Source: Terrimicrobiaceae bacterium
GTDB taxonomy: Bacteria; Verrucomicrobiota; Verrucomicrobiia; Chthoniobacterales; Terrimicrobiaceae
Direction: 5' to 3'
Length of the DNA: 50,460 nucleotides
Assembly (NCBI GenBank): GCA_044342325.1
Contig: JBIIPZ010000020.1
Location: 1 to 50,460, forward strand
Under the pieces are notes generated by a model. It did no database searches. It was not told the origin of the DNA and was given only the letters and a program-made list of their open reading frames with translations. The stretch's first letter is position 1; each line of letters begins with the position of its first letter. Below, piece by piece: positions 17,692 through 26,705 of the stretch. The position numbers and the translations under genes were made by a program.

Positions 17692-18563
17692 GAGGCAAAA
17701 CTTTGAACCAGAGAACGAACCACGAGCTGCCAACCATCCACGAGGACGAAAAGCAGAAGCTTCAAAGGAAGCGCCACCATCGTAGGCGGCATCATCATCA
17801 TGCCCATGGACATAAGAGTAGATGCTACCAGGAAGTCAATGACCAGAAACGGAATAAAAATAAGGAATCCCATCTGGAATGCGGTTCGGAGTTCGCTAAT
17901 CACAAATGCAGGCAGCACCACGCGCATTGGGAGGTCTTTCAGGTCTGTGCGGCCCATGCCCGCAAGGTCTAGAAAGAAATCGATTTCACCAGGGCGGGTT
18001 TGGCGCAACATGAAATTCCGGATTGGCTCGACGGCGCGGTCCATCGCCTCGTTGGAGCTTATCTGCTCGTTCATGTAGGGATTGATAGCCTGCTCTTGAA
18101 TCTGTTGCCAGACGGGGGCCATGATGAAAAATGTGATGAACATCGACAGGCCAATGAGAAGCTGGTTGGCTGGGGCGCTTGGAACGCCGAGCGCCGTGCG
18201 GACAAAACCCAGAACGATCACGATGCGGGTGAAGCTGGTCATGAGCATGATGAGCGATGGCGCCAGCGTGAGCAGGGTCATCACGATGACGATCTGGATC
18301 GCAGTGCTCAAGTTTTGGCGGTCATTGCCATTTCCGATCTGCAGGTTTACGAATGGCGTGCCTGGAGCCGAAACCGAAGGAGGTTGTGGCGCGGTCGGAG
18401 CTGTTGGAGCCCTCGGAGCTGCTGGCGCGGTCGGGGAGCTGAGCAAAGGCGGAAATGGCGTCGGTCCAGGTGCTGGAGTCTGTGCAGTCGCCGATGACGC
18501 GAGCAGGGCGAGCAACAGAGCCAGCAGAAACGGCTTAAAGTAGGAAAAGCGGAAAAATGTCAT
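17688..18563 (-). CDS. fliP: Flagellar export protein FliP
   Basis: MTSFTRIVIVL, PAFVISELRTAFQMGF, MGMMMMPP, LFVLVDGW; signal peptide and Pro-rich linker. Confidence 0.96.
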   Translation of the reverse strand: MTFFRFSYFKPFLLALLLALLASSATAQTPAPGPTPFPPLLSSPTAPAAPRAPTAPTAPQPPSVSAPGTPFVNLQIGNGNDRQNLSTAIQIVIVMTLLTLAPSLIMLMTSFTRIVIVLGFVRTALGVPSAPANQLLIGLSMFITFFIMAPVWQQIQEQAINPYMNEQISSNEAMDRAVEPIRNFMLRQTRPGEIDFFLDLAGMGRTDLKDLPMRVVLPAFVISELRTAFQMGFLIFIPFLVIDFLVASTLMSMGMMMMPPTMVALPLKLLLFVLVDGWQLVVRSLVQSFAS

Positions 18564-18598
18564 GCCGATGTGTATGTGAAGCCGGGCAAAGAGGGGAG

Positions 18599-18617
18599 CA
18601 CAGGCGTCCCGCCTGTG
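18599..18617. repeat. REP-like palindrome in the fliO-fliP spacer
   Basis: CACAGGCG-TCC-CGCCTGTG, a perfect 8-bp inverted repeat. Confidence 0.6.
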
Positions 18618-18726
18618 TAAGGCACTGTTGAAGTAGTCCCAAAAAGCTGATATTCAGGGATGCATGGTGTGCCGCGGAAAAGTAGGCGAGCGCAGGTGGA
18701 TTCCGATTGGCGACAGGCTGTTCGTC

Positions 18727-19272
18727 TCACTGGACAGCTCCTTTTTTTTCGGATTGGTCCATGAGTCTGGCAAAATCCGCTGGATTCGTCGAAACGGAGT
18801 CCAGTGGACAGAGATAATCGATTTTTCCCGGCGTCACTCCAAGCAGCATGCGGGTGTCATCGTAGCCCACTACGATAAGAAATTGGCGGTTTCCGAGCGG
18901 GCGCATCTCTAATACTTGAAGTTTGCGTTCTTCTTTGGAGCGATTGCGGTGCAGTGGGATGCCGAATTTAATGAGATAAATCGCCGCGCCGGCGAGTGCG
19001 GCTAAAAGGGTGATATAGCCAAGCAACCGCCCAAATTCATTCATTCCGGGCGTTGCGGGTGTGATCGATTTCTTTTCAGTGGGTATAGCTGACGGCTTAC
19101 CCGAATCCGAAGGGGGGGGCTGATTTGCGCTTTCAGTATTCTGGGCCGGCGCAGGTGTGGTAAAATTTTCAGCCGCAGGCGCGCTTGCTGGCTCCTCCGT
19201 GGCTTGGAGCAGTGGGAATTGGAGACATGCGAGAGCCGCCACGAGGGCGAGCCTCCACGCAAAGTTCCTCAT
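18727..19272 (-). CDS. fliO: Flagellar protein FliO/FliZ
   Basis: TM followed by KLQVLEMRPLGNRQFLIVV...MLLGVT; lies between fliN and fliP. Confidence 0.88.
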   Translation of the reverse strand: MRNFAWRLALVAALACLQFPLLQATEEPASAPAAENFTTPAPAQNTESANQPPPSDSGKPSAIPTEKKSITPATPGMNEFGRLLGYITLLAALAGAAIYLIKFGIPLHRNRSKEERKLQVLEMRPLGNRQFLIVVGYDDTRMLLGVTPGKIDYLCPLDSVSTNPADFARLMDQSEKKGAVQ

Positions 19273-19529
19273 GCCGCGTCTCCGACGATCTGGGTGATTT
19301 TGATGCCGAAATTTTCGTCCACCACCACGACTTCACCGCGTGCGATGAGTTTGTCGTTCACATAAAGGCCGACTGGTTCGCTGGCAAGTTGGTCGAGTTG
19401 AAGCACGGTGCCTTCGCCGAGTTCCACGACATCCCTCATTGGTAGCATGCAGGAGCCGATGCGGACGGTGAGATCGACTTTGACATCGAGGATGACGGAG
19501 AGGTTTTTGGCGTCGTTAATGGTGCTCAT
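19269..19529 (-). CDS. fliN: C-ring protein FliN
   Basis: SpoA domain LYVNDKLIARGEVVVVDENFGIKIT. Confidence 0.95.
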   Translation of the reverse strand: MSTINDAKNLSVILDVKVDLTVRIGSCMLPMRDVVELGEGTVLQLDQLASEPVGLYVNDKLIARGEVVVVDENFGIKITQIVGDAA

Positions 19530-20524
19530 TGTTTTTGGGCAGGTTGGATTTCGGAAGTGATTTGGATGGCAACATGGCCGTTTTCGCAGCCGGCTTGCGC
19601 ACTGAATCGTGGGGCATTGGCTATACGGACGCGGGTGTTGTTAAGAGTGGTTTTCGGCATTTCCAGCACATCTCCGACTCGAAGGCGGAGAACATCGCTT
19701 ACATTCACGCCGGGCACTTCCCAGTCGGCGACGAGGGGCACGGAAATTTGGTTGTAGGAGCTCCGCCACTGCTGGGGCTTGATGTCGGGCTGAGCTTGCA
19801 AGTCGCGTGAGCGGCGGCTGTGCATGTTTTTTGCGATCGGCTCGAGCATGTTGTAGGGCACGCCGATTTGGATGAGTTCCACATTGTCACCTGCCAGCGC
19901 CTCGATCGTGAGGGCGAGCATGACAGTATCATTGGAGCAGGCTTGCAGGAAACGCGGATTGTTTTCGTGGCCGATTTGGCGCCCGCTGTATTGGCGCTCA
20001 TCCTTCCATTGACGGCACCATTCATTGACAATGATATCAACGATTTCCTCGAGGAGGGCGATTTCGATTTCGGTGAGGTAGCGTTCTTCGTCGGAGGTGC
20101 TGCCGCGACCGCCCAGCATGCGGTTGGTCATGCTAATAGCGAGACGCGGATGGATTTCCAGAATTCCGATACCTGGAAGCTGATCGACCTTGAAGAGGGA
20201 AATATGGGTCGGATTCTTCATCGAGTCCGCAAATTTCCCGTAGGGCATGGTCGTGAGCTTTGCTAGTTTCAGGCTCATGTCTGCACGCAGAAGCGAGGAA
20301 AAACGCGCGGAAATTGTTGAAATAAAACCGGTATGGATTGTCCGAATACGACGAATCTCCGCCTCGGCCAAGTGGATCGGCGTGCGGAAGTCGAACGCCT
20401 TGGGTTGAACCTGATTGGCGGTCGGAAATCGTGAGCCGTCGAAGCGGTAAATCGATGGAGCAGAAGACTGCGCCGCTTCTGCGACGAGTCTGTCGATATC
20501 GGATTGGTTAAGAGTTCCGGCCAT
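19526..20524 (-). CDS. fliM: C-ring protein FliM
   Basis: N-terminal LNQSDIDRLV, FDFR, RMLGG, LTEIE, C-terminal SpoA domain LRVGDVL. Confidence 0.93.
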   Translation of the reverse strand: MAGTLNQSDIDRLVAEAAQSSAPSIYRFDGSRFPTANQVQPKAFDFRTPIHLAEAEIRRIRTIHTGFISTISARFSSLLRADMSLKLAKLTTMPYGKFADSMKNPTHISLFKVDQLPGIGILEIHPRLAISMTNRMLGGRGSTSDEERYLTEIEIALLEEIVDIIVNEWCRQWKDERQYSGRQIGHENNPRFLQACSNDTVMLALTIEALAGDNVELIQIGVPYNMLEPIAKNMHSRRSRDLQAQPDIKPQQWRSSYNQISVPLVADWEVPGVNVSDVLRLRVGDVLEMPKTTLNNTRVRIANAPRFSAQAGCENGHVAIQITSEIQPAQKQ

Positions 20525-20563
20525 ATCAGGTATAAGGGTGGAAAAGCGCTACGGGATGCGCTG

Positions 20564-21085
20564 TTATTGGATCACGAATTCGGAGAAATAAATTTGGTCG
20601 ATCACCTCGGCTCCGAGGAGGCTGTTGAATTTGGCTATGAGTTGCTTGCGGACGGCCTCGCGACCATTTGGATTGTCCAGTGCTGATGGCGCTTGGGAGG
20701 AAAGAATAGTGATCGCCGCATCGCGCAGCGGGGATTCATTTTCCTTCATGATGTTGCTAATCTTGGAATCCGCGCTCGCCACCTTGAAATTGGTTCGCAG
20801 ATAGCGCGAGTTTCCGCTTCCGGAGAGGTTCACCACGAGTCCACCAAATTCTGCGGTGTGCTCGCCCAGGGCGGAAACCGTTTTCGGAGTCTTCGCAGCG
20901 TGGTCGTCGGCATGCTTTGCCGTGCCTGCCGCTGCTTTGAGTTTGGGCAGGATGACAAAATCCATGACTCCGTATACCAATGCCGGAACAAGGATCACGA
21001 CGGCTATCACGGGCATCAAGGGATTCCCGGATTTCTTCGGGGCGGCAAAGTTTTGGTTGGCTGTATCTGCTTCGTTGGCTGGCAT
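20564..21085 (-). CDS. fliL: Flagellar basal body-associated protein FliL
   Basis: Single TM, VVNLS...RYL, LRDAAITIL, IYFSEFVIQ. Confidence 0.93.
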   Translation of the reverse strand: MPANEADTANQNFAAPKKSGNPLMPVIAVVILVPALVYGVMDFVILPKLKAAAGTAKHADDHAAKTPKTVSALGEHTAEFGGLVVNLSGSGNSRYLRTNFKVASADSKISNIMKENESPLRDAAITILSSQAPSALDNPNGREAVRKQLIAKFNSLLGAEVIDQIYFSEFVIQ

Positions 21086-21116
21086 ATTGTTTGTTTTGTT
21101 TTTTAAATTGAGACGA

Positions 21117-21923
21117 TTAGCGTTTGAGGTTTACGATCTCCTCCATCACGGAGTCGGAGACGGTAATCACACGGGAGCTCGCCTGAAAAGCACGCTGGGC
21201 AACTATGAGGTCGGCAAATTGTTGGGTCAAGTCGACATTAGAGAGTTCCAAAGTGCCTTGTATGATGTCGCTTTGGCCGGGAGTAATAGCTTGTTCTGCA
21301 CCGGCAGCTAAGTTAACGTTGCTGAGCAGGTTTTCGCTCTCTCGTTTAAGACCATTTGGATTTGCAAAATTGAAAAGGCCGATGGTAGCAACTTCCTTTT
21401 CAATTGTTCCATTAAGTCTTGCCACATCGATTTTTCCGTCTTTGTTAACTTTGAAGGAAGCTATTGTCGTTGGCGAGCCGATAGTAATATTCCCACCACC
21501 TTGGCTTTGAACATTTAAACCTGCATTGGTAAGGAGGTTGCCAGTGTCATCAAGAATGAAATCTCCTGCACGAGTGTAGAATGATTCGGTTGTAGTTTGA
21601 TTTGAAACCTTGAAAAACCCTTTTCCGCTTATACCCAAATCAGTTGGTCCTCCTGTTGTATTTAGGACACCTTGGGTGAATTGTTGACTAATACTCGCGA
21701 CAGACGATCCCGTGCCGACTTGCATTGAATTTGATCCCCCAACTCCGTCAGCACCAGCACTGGATTCGCGAAGGGTCATGCTGAAGTTGTCTTGATTCGT
21801 AACGCGGGATCCCTTGAAACCCGTTGTATTCACATTCGCAATGTTGTCACCGATGACCTCGAGGCTTTTGCTAAAGGTTTTTACGGCGGAGACGCCACTA
21901 TTAAAGGAGTTTAGGAGTGCCAT
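21117..21923 (-). CDS. flgE: Flagellar hook protein FlgE (short, 268 aa)
   Basis: IGDNIANVNTTGFK, FTQG, YTRAGDF, GTLELSNVDLTQQF...QRAFQASSRVIT; directly after flgD. Confidence 0.85.
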   Translation of the reverse strand: MALLNSFNSGVSAVKTFSKSLEVIGDNIANVNTTGFKGSRVTNQDNFSMTLRESSAGADGVGGSNSMQVGTGSSVASISQQFTQGVLNTTGGPTDLGISGKGFFKVSNQTTTESFYTRAGDFILDDTGNLLTNAGLNVQSQGGGNITIGSPTTIASFKVNKDGKIDVARLNGTIEKEVATIGLFNFANPNGLKRESENLLSNVNLAAGAEQAITPGQSDIIQGTLELSNVDLTQQFADLIVAQRAFQASSRVITVSDSVMEEIVNLKR

Positions 21924-21958
21924 AAGATTATTTAGTTTGTTGGTTTACGGCAATATTT

Positions 21959-22450
21959 TCAAAGTTGTGTCGCGGCCGACATTGTGTTGTTGGAAGCGGG
22001 GGTTTCAGGGACTGCCGGGGGGGGAGGTGTGGAAATACCTGTTATCAATTTTGTTTCGTAAGTTTTTCCATTGATGACGATAGCAGGCTTGCCATCTTTG
22101 AGCTTGATTGCTTCGACTATGCCTGTTGTATCACCGGTTGCATCGGTAATTGTAACTTGTCGGCCAAGATACGAAGGTGCCGAGGCGAGTTTTTGGTCGG
22201 TTGTGAAGGATTCAAACGACTTCGAAAGGGTGCGCATTTGCTCCAGTGAAGTGAAATTCGCCATCTGGGAGATGAACTCCGTGTCCTTCATCGGATTCAT
22301 CGGATCTTGGGATGTAAGCTGCGTTGTTAGCAGCTTCATAAAGTCATCTGCGCCGAGCATTTGCTTCCCAGTATTTTTTTGCATCGCCAAGCCTGTGATT
22401 GGGTCTTTGGCTGGAGTAGATGGGGTAGGGGTTACGGATGAAATAGCCAT
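21959..22450 (-). CDS. flgD: Hook capping protein FlgD
   Basis: DFMKLLTTQLTSQDPMNPMKDTEFISQMANFTSLEQM. Confidence 0.95.
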   Translation of the reverse strand: MAISSVTPTPSTPAKDPITGLAMQKNTGKQMLGADDFMKLLTTQLTSQDPMNPMKDTEFISQMANFTSLEQMRTLSKSFESFTTDQKLASAPSYLGRQVTITDATGDTTGIVEAIKLKDGKPAIVINGKTYETKLITGISTPPPPAVPETPASNNTMSAATQL

Positions 22451-22460
22451 TTTTTAGAAA

Positions 22461-23645
22461 TTATGCCCAAAGGTTGAGTTTACCCTGTCGGATCGTATTT
22501 GCAGGGTTTTGATGGACGGGAGCAGGTTGCTTGACGCTCGCGGATGTCGGCCTGCCGGCTACAGCGGCAATATCTGAATCCGGTTGATATTGGCGTTGGT
22601 TTCCTTGATCAAAAGGTGTGCTATTTTGACGGGCGAGACCGTCTTGGAAATTGGATTCTCCAAATTGAAGGTTGGGGGTCCGGTGCGTGGCCGTAAATTC
22701 CGGCCAAGCTTTTTGGAGAGCTTCGCGGAGCTCGGGAGATTCCGTGATGAAAGTCGAGCGGATTTCTCCTGCGCGGATATTGAGGCGAATGCGCACCGAC
22801 TCGCCATCGCCCACTGGTAGGTCGAGTTGAATTTGGGATTGGCCTGATTGCTTGAATTTTTCAAGCTCCGGTGGAAGGGTTTTTAAAAGGGCAGAAGCCT
22901 TTGCAGATGGGCTTGCTGAGTTGGAACGAGTGTCTATTGGTGTGGCTGCTGAGGGATTGCCGGATGTAAGTTGAGAGAAGTTGGATTCGGATTCTGAATT
23001 GGAACCGGAAACGGATGTGACAGCAGAGCGATCGAGCGAAGCAACTGAAGCGAGGCGGCTCACCGAAGTGATGGCAGACTCGCGGCCCATGTTTGGAGTC
23101 GCAGCCCCTTGCGTTTCGTCAAATGTAGCGAGCGAGATCATCTCATCCTCTTTCGTAGCATTTTCCATGCCATCGGCGTTTTTTTTAGCCGTATCGAGAA
23201 TGTTGGAGTAGGTCGTGTCGGCTTCGGATTTTTCCTGAGCGATTTCAGAGTCGATTTCCTCTGCGACTTCTTTTTGAGTTTCTTTTTGCTTCAAGCTCTG
23301 CGTGGTTGCATCCTGCGCATCCGGTTTATCCGATGGAGTTTGTTTTGTTGGATTTCCCTCTAGGGAGGGGGCGGCGACTTCTGGTAGATCGGATTGAGCA
23401 GGTGTTTGTGTAGGTGCGGCAACCACCGCCGCATCTTCCATGCGTCGGCGTTTCTTGGCAGCTTCAGCCTCCTCTAATTCTTTTTCCTGTTGTTCCTTGG
23501 GATCGTTTTTTGGAATGAAGCTCTCGAAGGATGGAAGTTGGGATCCATTAGGAACGGCAGGCAGCTGAAAAAGACCTGCACTATCCAAGTTGCGGGCCTC
23601 CAGTGAGCCGGACTTCGTCTGCGGAGTTGGAAGCGGGGAGGTCAT
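22461..23645 (-). CDS. fliK: Hook-length control protein FliK-like
   Basis: Long low-complexity S/T/A/P/E region and a C-terminal domain VRIRLNIRAGEIRSTFITESPELREAL; upstream of flgD. Confidence 0.78.
   Translation of the reverse strand: MTSPLPTPQTKSGSLEARNLDSAGLFQLPAVPNGSQLPSFESFIPKNDPKEQQEKELEEAEAAKKRRRMEDAAVVAAPTQTPAQSDLPEVAAPSLEGNPTKQTPSDKPDAQDATTQSLKQKETQKEVAEEIDSEIAQEKSEADTTYSNILDTAKKNADGMENATKEDEMISLATFDETQGAATPNMGRESAITSVSRLASVASLDRSAVTSVSGSNSESESNFSQLTSGNPSAATPIDTRSNSASPSAKASALLKTLPPELEKFKQSGQSQIQLDLPVGDGESVRIRLNIRAGEIRSTFITESPELREALQKAWPEFTATHRTPNLQFGESNFQDGLARQNSTPFDQGNQRQYQPDSDIAAVAGRPTSASVKQPAPVHQNPANTIRQGKLNLWA
23157..23172 (-). promoter_or_regulatory. Candidate internal sigma54 promoter within fliK
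   Basis: Minus strand TGGCATGGAAAATGCT (GG-N10-GC); in-frame ATG at 23141. Confidence 0.5.
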
Positions 23646-24337
23646 CGTGTTGCTTGGGTGGTGTCGTTTTTAAAGAGGCGGAGTTGGTCGCTGATGGTGG
23701 CCGCGCGGTTGGCGAGGGTGGTTTTGGAGTCGGCCGGGGCGGCGGGGTCTTTGGTTTTAGCCATTTCTCCGAGAATTTTGGCGACGATATCGGCTTTCAT
23801 GGTGGCGAGGAGTTTGACGATGTTGGCATCGGACATCTGGGAGAGAATGGCGACGGCTTCGGCGGGTTTCATAATCGCGTAGCTGCGGGCCAGGTTGCGG
23901 ATATTGGATTTCTCGGTGCTCACGAGCTCGGTGGTCTGGGAGGTGAGGTCATCGCGCATTTTCTCAATCTCGCCGCGGAGGCGGAGGAGTTCCTCGCGGA
24001 GGCGGAGGAGTTCCTGTTTCTCGGCGGCGATGCGCATTTCGACGGCTCCGAGGTCCTTAGTCTTAACCTCGTAGCCGGTGCGCTGTTTTTGGAGTTCCTG
24101 GATGAGATTATCGATTTCGGCGGTGTAGAAATCCCAGTCCTTGGATTGGGATTTGATTTTTGTCCGCGTGGCTGGAGGCTCCGGAGGCAGGGTGGTCACG
24201 GATGGCCACTTGAGCAGGAGGACGCCTGCGGCGGTGGCAGTGCCTAGGATCACGGCGAGGAGGATGAGGCCCCAGCTGGAGGAGGGCTTCTGGTCGGCTT
24301 CGGAGAACGGATTGAGTGTGGGTGTGTTGGCGTTCAT
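23642..24337 (-). CDS. MotE/YlxF/FlbB-like flagellar protein
   Basis: N-terminal TM, coiled coil, MgtE-N-like LARSYAIMKPAEAVAILSQM...MKADIVAKILGEM; between fliJ and fliK. Confidence 0.82.
   Translation of the reverse strand: MNANTPTLNPFSEADQKPSSSWGLILLAVILGTATAAGVLLLKWPSVTTLPPEPPATRTKIKSQSKDWDFYTAEIDNLIQELQKQRTGYEVKTKDLGAVEMRIAAEKQELLRLREELLRLRGEIEKMRDDLTSQTTELVSTEKSNIRNLARSYAIMKPAEAVAILSQMSDANIVKLLATMKADIVAKILGEMAKTKDPAAPADSKTTLANRAATISDQLRLFKNDTTQATR
23974..24015. repeat. Perfect 21-bp tandem duplication (one heptad)
   Basis: CGCGGAGGCGGAGGAGTTCCT x2, within the ELLRLREELLRLR coding stretch. Confidence 0.85.
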
Positions 24338-24781
24338 TTATGGGATGGCGGTTTGGAGAAAGCGGGTTGCGGTGACGAAGTCTTCAAGTTGTTTTTCCTC
24401 GGCGCGGGCGGCTTCGAGTTGGATGTTGGCGAGCCATTTTTCGCGCAGTTTGAGCACGAGTTGGTGGTCGCGGTCGGCGGCGATGAGGAGTTCGCGTTTG
24501 GCGTCGACTTTTTGCTCTTCTTGCGCGAGACGGTTTTGAAGTGTGCGTAGGAGGTCGCGTTGGGCATTGAGGGCGTTCCAGCCTTGTTCGCGCACCCAGG
24601 CGGGGAAACGCTCGCCGCTGATCATGCGGGTGAGTTCTTCCAAGCGGGCGGTGGCCTCAGCGACACGGGCTGCGGCGAGATCGCGGTCACGAACGGCGGC
24701 GGCAAAGATTTCCGAGGCCTTGTCTTTAGCCTTCTCTCGCAGGTCGAGCACGGTCTGGAGACTGTATTTTTTCCGGGTCAT
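24338..24781 (-). CDS. fliJ: Flagellar export stalk protein FliJ
   Basis: 147-aa coiled coil, YSLQTVLDLR start, EEKQLED end, follows fliI. Confidence 0.85.
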   Translation of the reverse strand: MTRKKYSLQTVLDLREKAKDKASEIFAAAVRDRDLAAARVAEATARLEELTRMISGERFPAWVREQGWNALNAQRDLLRTLQNRLAQEEQKVDAKRELLIAADRDHQLVLKLREKWLANIQLEAARAEEKQLEDFVTATRFLQTAIP

Positions 24782-26106
24782 GCGACGATTTTTGCGAGTT
24801 CGGTGAAGCTTTTATCCCTCGTCCATTTGTCTTCGATGGGTTGGCGAAGGAGGTTGCGCAGGAGCGGGGTTTTCTCGATGGCGAGGTCCACATGGGCGTT
24901 GCTGCCCTTCGTGTAGGCGCCGATGGTGATGACATCCTCGTTTTTGCGGTAGGCCGCGAGGAGGTCGCGCGCTGTGCCGATGGATTGCAACTCCTCCTTC
25001 GAGCAGATTTCGAGGGTCACACGGCTAACGCTTTCCAAAACATCCACTGCCGGGAAGTGGTTTGCAGTGGCCAAGGCCCGGCTGAGAACCACATGGCCAT
25101 CCAAAATGCCTCGAACGGCGTCGGCGATCGGTTCGTTCATGTCGTCGCCATCGACCAGAACGGTGTAGAGGGCTGTGATCGACCCCTGCTCGGCATTGCC
25201 CGTGCGCTCAAGCAGGCGGGGCAGGACGGAGAAAACAGAAGGCGTGTAGCCGCGGCTGGTGGGGGGTTCTCCTACGGCCAGACCGATTTCGCGCTGGGCC
25301 ATGGCGTAGCGGGTCACAGAGTCCATCATGAAGAGGACTTTTTTGCCTTCGTCGCGGAAATGCTCGGCGATGGCTGTGGCGATGTGCGCGGCGCGGCGGC
25401 GGATGAGGGCCGGTTGGTCGGAGGTCGAGACGACGATGATCGAGCGCGCCATGCCTTCCGGGCCGAGATCTTTTTCGATGAACTCGCGCAGTTCACGCCC
25501 ACGCTCGCCGATAAGGGCGATGACATTGATATCCGACTCGGCTCCACGGGCGATCATGCCGAGGAGGGTAGATTTGCCGACTCCCGAGCCTGCGAAAATA
25601 CCGAGGCGCTGACCACGGCCCACAGGGGTGAAAAGGTCGAGGGATTTCACGCCGGTTTGGAAGGGCTTGAGAATCCGCTGGCGGGTGAGGGGATTGGGCG
25701 GCTGGCAATGCAGCGGGCGTAGGGTGCCGCCAGGAAGTGGGCCTTTGCCATCGATGGGGCGGCCTATGCCGTCAATGATTCGGCCTATAAGGGCGTCGCT
25801 GACATTGATACCCGCCGCACGGCCTGTGGCGGCGACTTCGCATCCAGCGTGAATCTCCTGCATTTCGCCCAATGGCATGAGAAGAACGCGGTGGTCGCGG
25901 AAGCCGACCACTTCGGCTTGAAGGCCGTTCAGGCGGGGCGAGCGAATTTCGCAGATGTCGCCAAGGGAAACATTCGGCCCGACGGATTCGATCACGAGTC
26001 CCGTGACCTGCACGACTTCGCCCATCCTCACCAGCGGGGTGGTGGATTCGATGCGACCGCGCAGGTTTTGCATGAGCGCGGGCAGAATGGGCGAGCGTTG
26101 GTTCAT
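24778..26106 (-). CDS. fliI: Flagellar export ATPase FliI
   Basis: Walker A AGSGVGKS, IGERGRE, MDSVTRYAMAQREIG, ILDGHVVLSR. Confidence 0.96.
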   Translation of the reverse strand: MNQRSPILPALMQNLRGRIESTTPLVRMGEVVQVTGLVIESVGPNVSLGDICEIRSPRLNGLQAEVVGFRDHRVLLMPLGEMQEIHAGCEVAATGRAAGINVSDALIGRIIDGIGRPIDGKGPLPGGTLRPLHCQPPNPLTRQRILKPFQTGVKSLDLFTPVGRGQRLGIFAGSGVGKSTLLGMIARGAESDINVIALIGERGRELREFIEKDLGPEGMARSIIVVSTSDQPALIRRRAAHIATAIAEHFRDEGKKVLFMMDSVTRYAMAQREIGLAVGEPPTSRGYTPSVFSVLPRLLERTGNAEQGSITALYTVLVDGDDMNEPIADAVRGILDGHVVLSRALATANHFPAVDVLESVSRVTLEICSKEELQSIGTARDLLAAYRKNEDVITIGAYTKGSNAHVDLAIEKTPLLRNLLRQPIEDKWTRDKSFTELAKIVA

Positions 26107-26705
26107 TTCAGTGACCGGGCCACATTTTGAAGTTTCGTAAGAACGCGGGCATCAATCATGCCAAACCGGCTCTTTGCAACGCAATCGCCCGGCGTGAGTT
26201 CGGGGTCCGCCGTCAATTTGATGCCGGGGTATTTCTGCTCCAGTTCGGCATCGACTCCTCGGACCAAGGCGAGGTCTTGAGGATGGAGTCGGAGTTCCAC
26301 GTCGGTCGAGCCGGGGGCTACTTCGGCGAGGGTTTCGGCAATGGTCTTGCGAACGGTTTCCGCATCAGGCTTGAAGCCTGCTAGCACGCGGTGGGTGATC
26401 TCGAGAATGAGATCCGGCAAAATCTGGGAAACTTCGTGGGCGAGGGTTTCTGACTGTGCGGCAAGGTTCTTGAAAACGGCATCCTGTAGCTGGGCGACTT
26501 CGGCGCGCTGCTCGGCGATCTGGTTTGTGAGCGCCTCGGTGGCCTCATGGAAGCCCCGGTTGTAGGCCTCTTGGCAGGCGGCATCGTGCTCTTCGAGGCT
26601 CACGCGCGTGTCCACCGGCTCCTCCGCAGCGGCAAGAATTTCCTGCACGATGGTGATGGCCACCGGCACGGCGGTGAAGTCGATCGCTTTAGCCTGCAGA
26701 TTCAC
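26103..26705 (-). CDS. fliH: Flagellar assembly protein FliH
   Basis: AYNRGFHEA, LRLHPQD, DPELTPGDC...GMIDAR; GTG 26705 preceded by AGGAGG. Confidence 0.88.
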   Translation of the reverse strand: MNLQAKAIDFTAVPVAITIVQEILAAAEEPVDTRVSLEEHDAACQEAYNRGFHEATEALTNQIAEQRAEVAQLQDAVFKNLAAQSETLAHEVSQILPDLILEITHRVLAGFKPDAETVRKTIAETLAEVAPGSTDVELRLHPQDLALVRGVDAELEQKYPGIKLTADPELTPGDCVAKSRFGMIDARVLTKLQNVARSLK

